Assembly (NCBI GenBank): GCA_001189075.1
Contig: LFCN01000006.1
Coordinates: forward strand, 17,605-81,604
DNA length: 64,000 bases
Direction: 5' to 3'
Origin: Parcubacteria bacterium C7867-004
GTDB lineage: Bacteria; Patescibacteriota; Minisyncoccia; Phycocordibacterales; Phycocordibacteraceae
Within the stretch, counting starts at the first letter, position 1; each line of letters starts with the position of its first letter. Of the stretch, positions 46,104 to 54,134 are shown in pieces. The notes under the pieces are model-generated. The model saw only the letters and a list, made by a program, of their open reading frames with translations, ran no database searches and was not told the DNA's origin. Made by a program: the position numbers and the translations under genes.

Positions 46104-47339
46104 TTAGAGATCGTACGACCAGAGGGAGCCGTCCCTCTGGTTCGTGAAGATGAGCACATCCGATTCGCGGTCAACCGTCAGTGCTACGGCGTCTATCTCC
46201 ACATCCCCTACCTGCAAAGGATCAACGATAAGGGTTGCGAGACGAGTGTCGAGATCGACCCTCCAGAGACGGTCGGTAAAGGCGTAGGCGCCCTGGTACC
46301 AGTCGTCCGGCGAAGCCTTTGATAGCGTGGTCGGAACGCCGCAGTACACTCCCCTGCCCCCTGCTTCCCATGCGCACTTATCCGCGATGGTTGCGAGCGG
46401 AAGCGGCGTTACGGTGCGGGTCGCTATGTTCATGATCTGCGTGTACAAGGTTCCCTTGTCGACGTAGCTGAACAAGACTGAGGTGCCGGTCGGATCCGCA
46501 AGCGTCGTGAGTCCCCGGAGCGGGCCGAGAAGACGAACGAACGAACCGTTCGCCCGGCTTACCAGGAACGCATACCCATCGAGCTCTTTGGACGCCTTGG
46601 TTGCAAGGACGAAATCGCCTCCCGAGAAGCTCGCGCGTAATTGTGCGAGCGCTGAGGTGAAGACGGTGGCTGTTCCGGTCCCGTCGGGCGCAGATACCGT
46701 TCCTGTTGAGCCGTTGCTTGAGGGCAAAAGTGAGAAGACGGTGCTAGTTCCCCGGACGATGATCTGGCTCAGGTTCTGTTCCAGGAAGTAGCCGTCATTC
46801 TCGCTGCCGTCGGTCGGAAGCGAATACGTATCAACATGCTCGGTGCCGTCATTAGCGCGCGTGAGGAACTGGGCGAATGCTCGCTTCCCGTCGCTGGTCC
46901 ACGCGGCTTCCTGGACTCCCGGCAGGGTCCGGTTGCTAATACGCGTAAGAAGCCGGTCGTGAACGAGGAAGGAGAACACGTTTCCGCTCTGGCGCTCTAT
47001 GTAGCGGACTTCAACTTCGGCAGGCTTTGATTCCTGGCTGCTGGTTGCGGTAGAGGTCGCGGACGAAGAAATGATCACAGGCGGGAGATAGATGGCCGCC
47101 ACACCCTTAGCAACAGGACCATCGGTTATGCGAAGCAACCGCGGAGCCACAACGACCCCTGCCCCCTGCACTGGTCCCACGTCAGTTGAATCATCTGGGG
47201 CCCGATCACCGCTTGGTGTGAATGGTGTGACATCAACGTTAAGCTTCGCACCCGGTGCGAATACGAAGAACCAGAGCGCAGCAACGAGGCCGAGGATGAC
47301 GATGACGCCCGCGATGATGATGAGTACTCGTCGGTTCAT
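46104..47339 (-). CDS. hypothetical membrane-anchored protein (411 aa)
   Basis: N-terminal TM (VLIIIAGVIVILGLVAALWFFVF) and a large extracellular domain with no recognisable catalytic motif. First gene upstream of the T4SS-like block on the same strand. Confidence 0.4.
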   Translation of the reverse strand: MNRRVLIIIAGVIVILGLVAALWFFVFAPGAKLNVDVTPFTPSGDRAPDDSTDVGPVQGAGVVVAPRLLRITDGPVAKGVAAIYLPPVIISSSATSTATSSQESKPAEVEVRYIERQSGNVFSFLVHDRLLTRISNRTLPGVQEAAWTSDGKRAFAQFLTRANDGTEHVDTYSLPTDGSENDGYFLEQNLSQIIVRGTSTVFSLLPSSNGSTGTVSAPDGTGTATVFTSALAQLRASFSGGDFVLATKASKELDGYAFLVSRANGSFVRLLGPLRGLTTLADPTGTSVLFSYVDKGTLYTQIMNIATRTVTPLPLATIADKCAWEAGGRGVYCGVPTTLSKASPDDWYQGAYAFTDRLWRVDLDTRLATLIVDPLQVGDVEIDAVALTVDRESDVLIFTNQRDGSLWSYDL

Positions 47340-47341
47340 AT

Positions 47342-48190
47342 CTAGAAGGTGCAGTTGGTCTGCTGGCTAAGTGGTTTCCTGCAGTCGCACTGGAATTCGC
47401 CCGTTGAGGCGAGTTTGTTCTTTGTCGGCCACTCCTGAAGTGATTTGTCGCATGCTGCCTGGGTGGTAAAGGGTCCTTGCTGCTGTGTTGTCGCGGTGCC
47501 TCCGCCGTCCGGCTCGAACTTGCCGCGCCAGCCGTAGGTTGCTGCAGCCGCTGGTGGGGTGCAGTTGCAGGTCGGATCGCTGAGAGCGTTGGTCGTTGAT
47601 AGCTGTACCTTGCATCCGGCCTGAGACGCGCAACAAGTCTGTTCTGCGGCCGTTACCACCTTAACTCCGTTCGGTATGGTGGTGCAGCTCCCTGCTGGAG
47701 CCTTTACGCACGCCTTGTTCTTACAGATCTTCCCGATAGCGCAGGTTACCGAACACGTCCCATCTCCCAATTCCGCTGATGGCCCGAAGTTCGACGTCGT
47801 ACTCGTATCAAGCTTGCCAAGCCCGCCTATCTTGAGGCTCAGGATGTCCGGATTGATTATGGAAAACACGACGACCGGGGAAAGAACAAGAATGAGCCCG
47901 CCGATCGCCATAGCGATGAGGTTTTTGGCCTCCTTCTTCTCGGTAAAACTGTCTCCACCCATGTACATGATGCCAGCCCGCATGATTTGAAGCACTGCGA
48001 TAACCGCGGCAAGTCCGATACAGATGCGATAGAGATTGTTAAGGAAGAGCGGAAGCGAGCTCGATTTGCCTAGACCCTCGAGAAACGGAGCGTTCTGGGT
48101 CAACGGCACAAAGCTTGTGTCGACCGCAGCGCCCGCAATCAGAGGAGTGCTAATGAAGAGCGCGAGTACCAAGAGAGGGATGTATTTCAT
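47342..48190 (-). CDS. VirB2/TrbC-like pilin fused to a cysteine-rich C-terminal domain
   Basis: Signal peptide MKYIPLLVLALFISTPLIAGAA. Two hydrophobic helices, ICIGLAAVIAVLQIMRAGIMYM and LIAMAIGGLILVLSPVVVFSII, separated by a short polar loop (pilin-like). Then ~150 aa containing >=15 Cys (CSVTCAIGKICKNKACVK...CDCRKP). Confidence 0.5.
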   Translation of the reverse strand: MKYIPLLVLALFISTPLIAGAAVDTSFVPLTQNAPFLEGLGKSSSLPLFLNNLYRICIGLAAVIAVLQIMRAGIMYMGGDSFTEKKEAKNLIAMAIGGLILVLSPVVVFSIINPDILSLKIGGLGKLDTSTTSNFGPSAELGDGTCSVTCAIGKICKNKACVKAPAGSCTTIPNGVKVVTAAEQTCCASQAGCKVQLSTTNALSDPTCNCTPPAAAATYGWRGKFEPDGGGTATTQQQGPFTTQAACDKSLQEWPTKNKLASTGEFQCDCRKPLSQQTNCTF

Positions 48191-48193
48191 AGA

Positions 48194-49192
48194 CTATAGA
48201 CCGAATATACCGAGGAATCCGCCGGTCGCACCGAACTCAACCGCGGTGCGCGTCTCCGCGTTCTGGAAATGAGACCGCTCGCTCGCTGAAAGCCTGAGCT
48301 GCGCAGTCCCCTTCCCGTTTCCGGTAGCACGTACCGTGATGTCTTTATCAGCACCGGCAGTAGAGCCATTAACCGTCCACGCAAGCGTCGGTGGAACCGC
48401 AAAGAAGTAGGCTACCGAACGGAAGGTCGCTTCGGTGTCGGGCATGGAGAACGAGGTCGAGACGACGTTATCAAAATCAGGTCCAAGCAATGGATCGTTG
48501 CGATAGATACGCACGACGGGATCGGTAGGCGAAACCGTCGTACTCGCCTCCCCCACAAGCGTACTGTCGGGACTCGTCACAGTTACGGTAATAGGTGCGT
48601 TACGGTATCGAACTGGTGCGTCAGCGGTGATGGTGGACTTCCCGATACCGGAGACGTCGGTAAGAAGCTGATCGCCGAGCCGCCAGTTGTACACCAAGCT
48701 TGAGTTCGGAAGCCGAGCACCGGGCGAAGTCCTCAGATCAGCGAGCGCAACGAGACGAACCCGTCCCTGGGACGCCACTTGCGGCATTCCCTTATAGAAC
48801 GGGTGCACGGTTGAAACAGGCTCGACGACAAGTGAGACCTCGGCAGGACGAATGACGCGCGTAATACTGTAGGTCTGTCCCGTCGGATCTTTTACAGAGG
48901 TCACTACCGTCGTCTTCTCACCGCTCGCTCCCATCTGGAATTCGGCACCGGCCGTGCCGCTCCCCTCAAACACTTTCGTGCCGTTAACGGTAATCGTTAC
49001 GGTGCTTGCGGAAAGATCGATGAGCGTACTTTGAGGGTATATCTGCACGACCTGATAGGGACGGGGATAGTATGGATTGAGCGTTACCGTAAGGGGTGCG
49101 GCCCCGCCAATATCGAGCTGAGCACGGGCTGCCCCGGGCGCCATTCCTGAAAAGAGGGCGAGAGCAAGGATGAGGCCGAAGAGCGGGCGCAT
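48194..49192 (-). CDS. hypothetical secreted protein (332 aa)
   Basis: Signal peptide MRPLFGLILALALFSGMAPGAARA. T/S/V-rich beta-rich sequence. Within the T4SS-like block. Confidence 0.4.
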   Translation of the reverse strand: MRPLFGLILALALFSGMAPGAARAQLDIGGAAPLTVTLNPYYPRPYQVVQIYPQSTLIDLSASTVTITVNGTKVFEGSGTAGAEFQMGASGEKTTVVTSVKDPTGQTYSITRVIRPAEVSLVVEPVSTVHPFYKGMPQVASQGRVRLVALADLRTSPGARLPNSSLVYNWRLGDQLLTDVSGIGKSTITADAPVRYRNAPITVTVTSPDSTLVGEASTTVSPTDPVVRIYRNDPLLGPDFDNVVSTSFSMPDTEATFRSVAYFFAVPPTLAWTVNGSTAGADKDITVRATGNGKGTAQLRLSASERSHFQNAETRTAVEFGATGGFLGIFGL

Positions 49193-49250
49193 GTAGCTAG
49201 TATATACCGCTACAGGGCATAGCCTCCATTACGACGTGGGTACTGCCCTT

Positions 49251-49784
49251 CTATCGACCCCTACCAGGGGCAATGATTTCGGTGACGCCATTCTTGTGGA
49301 GTATCTCAAGTGCTTCTTCGAACAACTTCACGATCTTTTTCTCTTTATAGTAGGCCATGAGTACGAATATGGTGTTCGCGGGCACCAACTGTACGAACGG
49401 GATTATCTCTATGGCCATCATGGTGAAAAAACGCACCCACAACCATTTTATAAGGGCTTTCTTCCACCATCCCCCGCTTATCTTCCCCATGCACCAGAAC
49501 GTGAGGATCAATCCCATGGCGACCGAGATAAAAAATGCCACTACGGTGAGTATCAGACTCAGATCGAGCGGCCAATCAAGGATGTCCTTGGTTATCGACG
49601 CCCCGAGGATAATGAACGGAAAGCTCGGACGCGGCGGCAATTTGGTAAGCAGAAGCTCGGCATCCTCGTCCTCGAATTTCTCATCCTTCGACTCGAACAG
49701 TTCTCGTATACGGCTAAACGCCCAGTCGATAAGTTCTGCTCGAGCCTCTGCGAATATTTCTTCCGGGGATCGATCGTTTTCCAC
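49251..49784 (-). CDS. hypothetical membrane protein (177 aa), lower-GC gene
   Basis: Acidic N-terminus followed by 3 predicted TM helices. Visibly AT-richer than its flanks. Confidence 0.4.
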   Translation of the reverse strand: MENDRSPEEIFAEARAELIDWAFSRIRELFESKDEKFEDEDAELLLTKLPPRPSFPFIILGASITKDILDWPLDLSLILTVVAFFISVAMGLILTFWCMGKISGGWWKKALIKWLWVRFFTMMAIEIIPFVQLVPANTIFVLMAYYKEKKIVKLFEEALEILHKNGVTEIIAPGRGR

Positions 49785-49795
49785 GGAGGTATGCG

Positions 49796-51619
49796 TTAGG
49801 TACCTGCAGCAGCGTTCCTATCCTTTTCCTGCTGGATCTTTAGGAGCTGTGATGGGTCGGAGGTGATGATCTGATCCTCGGTGTATGACGCAACAACCTT
49901 GATGGCGACGTGCTTCAATCCCGCGAAGAACAACCCCTCCCCTACCCCTGACTCAAGCAGAAGGAACTTTTCCTGATCGGTTAGATTGAAGGTTTCTTTC
50001 AGCACGTCGATGGTTGTCGGAGACTGCTTGAGGAGCAGCTGCATCGAAGAGTTCGTGAGTATTGGTCTACCATAGGGGCTCCTGAGGAAGTCTTCGACGT
50101 CCTGGGTGATAGTGGCGAGACCGAGATAGTATTTGCGGCCGCGCTTGGCGATGCTGTAGAGGAATGAGGCCGTATCCTCCGACTTCATCATCCACCACGC
50201 CTCGTCGATAACCAGGAGGCGCTGCTTGAGCTCATGTCTGACTGCGTTCCAGATGAAGTGCGTGATGATGTACATCGCTACCGGCTTCAGCTCGTCCTCC
50301 ATATCGCGCACGGAGAAGACGATGAACTGCTTATTGATGTCGACGTTGGTCGGCTGGTTGATGAAGCCTGCCCAGGTGCCGTGGGTGTACTTCGAGAGGC
50401 GCGTAACGAGCGATTCCGAGCCTTCCATGCCGGAGAGTACGTTCTCGAAGTCGGAGAGAAGCGGGGGCTCGACACCGGTAAAGTCCGCATCCCCGGTAAT
50501 ATCCTTGAGCGCATAGGTCTCAGTTATTGCACGGTCTACAATCGCATCTTCTTCAGGAGAAAGTCCTCCGAGCATGATACGGAAGAGTCCCACGAGGTTG
50601 ATGATGTTGCTCCGGAGTATGTCTGCGGGCTCCTCGTCCTCTTTGACAGGGGGAAGGTCGAACGGATTGATGTGGTTCTCGGATGAGAGAGAGATGTTAA
50701 ATGTGCGTCCGCCGGTAGCCTGCGCGAGGAACTCGTACTCGCGCTCTGGGTCGATAACGATAACGTCCGTACCGAACATGAGCGAACGGAGCACCTCGAG
50801 CTTAACCGCGTACGACTTTCCGGAACCAGACTTCGCGAATACAACGGAGTTGTAGTTCTCGAGCGAGAACCGATCGAAGAGGATGAGCGACGCGTTATGG
50901 CGATTGATGCCGTAGAGGATGCCGCGATCGCTCGTGAGATCGAAGGAGACGAACGGGAATAAGGACGACAGAGGCCCGGAATTCAGCTTGCTCGTCACTT
51001 CCAACTCATCGAGCGCGAGCGGAAGTGTGGAGCGGAAGCCTTGTTCCTGCTGGAAGAGCGCAGGCTTGGTGTACACGAGCTTCGCGTCGAGGATGCCGCG
51101 CACTTCCCCTTCGATCTTGTCGAGATCGTCTTTCGAGTTCCCGTATATCGTGAGGTACAAGCCCACCTCGAAGATGTGCTCCTCTGCTTGCTGGAGTTGG
51201 TCGCGCAGCTGCTCGAGATCGCGGTATGCCGTATCGAGCATTGGGTCACGAACGAGCCCCTTCTCTGCCCTATCGGAGATCTGGCTTTCTATCTCGGCGA
51301 CCTTCTTCTGGAAGCCACGGAGCGCCGTTCCGGTATCGACCGGATGGATGAAGATGCCGATATCGAGCACCTTATCCATGTTTATAATCGGGCTGAACCA
51401 GCTGTCTACGAGGAAGCGCGGGTATGAAATGGTGTAGAACGAGCGGGAGAACTTCTCGCCGAGCTCGAGTTCGCGAGCGCCAACCTTGAGTGCTGCCGGA
51501 GCTATAGCGTCAGCGAGCTGCAGCTCCCCTTCCGCATAGATATCCTTCGGAAGCACGGACGCCGGCCTCGGTGCCTCTCCTTCGTTCTTATTCTTTCCTA
51601 GAAAATCAAGCAGTGCCAT
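49796..51619 (-). CDS. virB4: T4SS ATPase VirB4/TrbE/PrgJ family, ATPase (C-terminal) portion
   Basis: VVFAKSGSGKSYAVKLEVL (Walker A), RLLVIDEAWWMM (Walker B, DEAW), plus a VirB4-type C-terminal block; 607 aa. Confidence 0.85.
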   Translation of the reverse strand: MALLDFLGKNKNEGEAPRPASVLPKDIYAEGELQLADAIAPAALKVGARELELGEKFSRSFYTISYPRFLVDSWFSPIINMDKVLDIGIFIHPVDTGTALRGFQKKVAEIESQISDRAEKGLVRDPMLDTAYRDLEQLRDQLQQAEEHIFEVGLYLTIYGNSKDDLDKIEGEVRGILDAKLVYTKPALFQQEQGFRSTLPLALDELEVTSKLNSGPLSSLFPFVSFDLTSDRGILYGINRHNASLILFDRFSLENYNSVVFAKSGSGKSYAVKLEVLRSLMFGTDVIVIDPEREYEFLAQATGGRTFNISLSSENHINPFDLPPVKEDEEPADILRSNIINLVGLFRIMLGGLSPEEDAIVDRAITETYALKDITGDADFTGVEPPLLSDFENVLSGMEGSESLVTRLSKYTHGTWAGFINQPTNVDINKQFIVFSVRDMEDELKPVAMYIITHFIWNAVRHELKQRLLVIDEAWWMMKSEDTASFLYSIAKRGRKYYLGLATITQDVEDFLRSPYGRPILTNSSMQLLLKQSPTTIDVLKETFNLTDQEKFLLLESGVGEGLFFAGLKHVAIKVVASYTEDQIITSDPSQLLKIQQEKDRNAAAGT

Positions 51620-51623
51620 AGAA

Positions 51624-52265
51624 TTATGCGTTGGTGAGACGGATCGGATTTTCGAGTTCGCTCAAGTTGAAGGAGCGGTATAGAAGCTCGATTATCTCTT
51701 CCGTGCCGAGCGGCACCGCACGCACGCCGCTTGAGCCGAGCCCTGATACGACGAGTGCCATTCTCTGCTCGAGCTGCACCCGATGCTCCTCGAAGGAAGC
51801 CTCAGGACCGGTGCTTCCTGATTTCTTCGCTCCGCCGCGACCGAGGAACGAGATTGCGCTCGCCACTTCCCCACCTGCGCTAGGTGCGTAGGGAACAATG
51901 ACATAGAACATCTTCGTCATGATGTCGTTCGTGTCGATGAAATTGCGGATGAACTGCTCGTATTCGCGCAGCTGGAGTTTCATGAGTTCGGTAGTCTGAG
52001 TGCCAGCTCGACTCTCGAGAAGAGCGAGGTACGGACGGATATCCGTTTTCCGAGAATGAATAACGATCTCGACGCTGAAGTCGAGTGTATTGAGGAAACT
52101 CTGGAAACCCTGCACGACTCCTTGCTGCTCGTCTTCACCCTTGAGCGCGAAGTTTATCGACGAGCACATGAGTATGCCGCGATAGCCGTCATTCTTTAGG
52201 ATGACGACGCCGTTGCGGACCTCCTTAACAGGAACGAACGATTGAGTTGTTTTAGGTGCGGGCAT
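51624..52265 (-). CDS. putative VirB4 N-terminal-domain protein (separate ORF, 4 nt upstream of the ATPase ORF)
   Basis: ~213 aa (from the internal Met). Position and size are consistent with the N-terminal domain of ~800-aa VirB4 proteins. Ends LTNA-stop, then TTCT, then the ATG of the next ORF. Confidence 0.35.
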   Translation of the reverse strand: MPAPKTTQSFVPVKEVRNGVVILKNDGYRGILMCSSINFALKGEDEQQGVVQGFQSFLNTLDFSVEIVIHSRKTDIRPYLALLESRAGTQTTELMKLQLREYEQFIRNFIDTNDIMTKMFYVIVPYAPSAGGEVASAISFLGRGGAKKSGSTGPEASFEEHRVQLEQRMALVVSGLGSSGVRAVPLGTEEIIELLYRSFNLSELENPIRLTNA

Positions 52266-52269
52266 GCGG

Positions 52270-52686
52270 TTATCGGCCGGGAGCGGGCGGGTTATCTTGG
52301 ATATCGAGCGAGCGTGCAAGATCGTGCAACCGTCCTCGCGTCATGCCGAGCTTCGCACGATCTTCGGGAACTGGAGCCGCCGGAGCCGCTACGGTCGATG
52401 CTACCGGCTTCTCTTTCTTCCAGAGGTAGAGACGGTCCGCGATGAGGTACTTGAATCCGGCCTCCATGATCTCGACGAACGGCTTGTTGTTGATCTTGTA
52501 GAACGCGAGGGCTGCGGTGAACGCCGCAACCGGTATTGCAAGGAGAATGCCGACTAGGCGCGGGAGATAGAGCACGAGTATGGCGCAGAGACCGACGCCG
52601 CCTGCGATGTAGATGAACTGCTTAAGTGTGAAAGGGCCGAATATCTTGTCTTCGACCTCGATGAACTGCGGTACCTGGTACTCCAT
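52270..52686 (-). CDS. PrgI-family (VirB3-like) small membrane protein
   Basis: MEYQVPQFIEVEDKIFGPFTLKQFIYIAGGVGLCAILVLYL followed by a second TM; size, N-terminal motif and position (immediately upstream of VirB4) match PrgI/VirB3 analogues of monoderm T4SS. Confidence 0.6.
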   Translation of the reverse strand: MEYQVPQFIEVEDKIFGPFTLKQFIYIAGGVGLCAILVLYLPRLVGILLAIPVAAFTAALAFYKINNKPFVEIMEAGFKYLIADRLYLWKKEKPVASTVAAPAAPVPEDRAKLGMTRGRLHDLARSLDIQDNPPAPGR

Positions 52687-52747
52687 TACTAGCAGTATAC
52701 CAGTCGACGGCGCGAGTGCGCCGTCGTTTTCATCTGATTAGCTGAAA

Positions 52748-53173
52748 CTAGTGGTGTCCTCCCCCGCCGTGACCGTGACCACCTCCGCCATGATCATCCT
52801 TCTTTCCGCCTCCATGTCCGCCGCCGCCGGCCATCTCTTTCCATCGCTTGAGTCCGGTCCATACGATAGAAAAGAATGCTCCAAAAAAACCTATACCTCT
52901 TTTGACCCACTTATTATCCATAAACCCCTCTCCGTGATGGCCTCCGCCAGACGTGCTCGAGTGCGAACTCCCGGTCAAGGTTGCGGCTCCATGAGCCCCG
53001 TTTGATGCTCTGTGTTCGGCTTCGCCATGTGCTGCGAGCCTCTCTCGTGCTGCAGCCGCAGCGCTTTCCGCTGCCGGATCGTGAGGCGGGACTACCGGAT
53101 CAGTCGAACCAGGAGTCGCAGGTGTCCCTTCGCTTCTTGATGCTTCGTGATTTGCTGGAGGATGTTCGGACAT
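52748..53173 (-). CDS. small Gly/His-rich membrane protein (141 aa)
   Basis: Central TM (IGFFGAFFSIVWTGL) and a C-terminus GGGGHGGGKKDDHGGGGHGHGGGGHH. Also SGGGHHGEGF upstream. Confidence 0.4.
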   Translation of the reverse strand: MSEHPPANHEASRSEGTPATPGSTDPVVPPHDPAAESAAAAARERLAAHGEAEHRASNGAHGAATLTGSSHSSTSGGGHHGEGFMDNKWVKRGIGFFGAFFSIVWTGLKRWKEMAGGGGHGGGKKDDHGGGGHGHGGGGHH

Positions 53174-53222
53174 GGATAAAGCTTATCAGCGCTCGGGCCT
53201 CAATACAAAGACGGAAATCGCA

Positions 53223-54116
53223 CTACGCGATAGGTTCGCGATACGGGTCAGAACCTGGCAACCGTGATGGCGGAGGCACCGTTGCTATCTGCGGGGGCGG
53301 GATCGGGGCTGAAAAAACAGGCGGCTGCGGCGCAGGAGGAACCTCGGTATAGGAAACCGTCTGCGGCACTGCCTCTGGCTGCATAATCGCAGGATGAGGT
53401 ACTGGAGCGGGAGGAGTTTGAGGGTGCGGAATATATACATGCACCGATGCAGCAGACTGCCAGCCGATCGGAGAGGCCGGCTGCACGGTGGAAACCGTAT
53501 GCTGAACCTGAAGAGGAACTGCAGGTGCTGAGACCGGGGCTGGGGCTATGGGTGGTGTCACTTCGGCCACGGGCGGTTCGCTTATTACTGGTATCTGTCG
53601 AGCCACTTCAGGCGCTGGCGCTGGAACAGGCATCGGTGCAGGCACAGACGAGCCTGGAAGGGTTACTGGCGAAGGAGCCGCGGCATATTCTAGTGCGGGC
53701 GGAGGCAACACAGGTGTCGATTGCTGTGGCGCAGGAGTAGCTGCGGCAACCGGAACCGTAGTGAGCGATATGGGAACACGAACGCTACCGTCAGTCATTG
53801 CGCTACCTCCACCAGTCATAATCGCGTCTCGAAGCGGCATAAACACCTCTTTATTTAGGTCGGCAACAAGTCTGGTGGCAGTTGGTGTATCGATTCCTAA
53901 GGTCTGCAGCGCGCCAATAAAATCATCAGGCTTCATGAGCCCAAGAAGCATGTCCCGGATCAATTCCGTAATCGAACCGACAGTGTCGATATGGAGACCG
54001 TAACGAGTCTGAAGACCGACCATGAAGTCGATGCCAGCACCATCCGAGAGCGTATCTTGAATAGCTTTCGGTGCCGCGTCATACGCAGCGAGCAGTTGTT
54101 CTTGAGGACGCGACAT
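53223..54116 (-). CDS. hypothetical protein with Pro/Ala/Val-rich low-complexity C-terminal two-thirds
   Basis: ~100-aa N-terminal globular part, then PVxAP-type repeats for ~200 aa. Confidence 0.4.
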   Translation of the reverse strand: MSRPQEQLLAAYDAAPKAIQDTLSDGAGIDFMVGLQTRYGLHIDTVGSITELIRDMLLGLMKPDDFIGALQTLGIDTPTATRLVADLNKEVFMPLRDAIMTGGGSAMTDGSVRVPISLTTVPVAAATPAPQQSTPVLPPPALEYAAAPSPVTLPGSSVPAPMPVPAPAPEVARQIPVISEPPVAEVTPPIAPAPVSAPAVPLQVQHTVSTVQPASPIGWQSAASVHVYIPHPQTPPAPVPHPAIMQPEAVPQTVSYTEVPPAPQPPVFSAPIPPPQIATVPPPSRLPGSDPYREPIA

Positions 54117-54134
54117 ACCGTACTGTTCAGTTAC

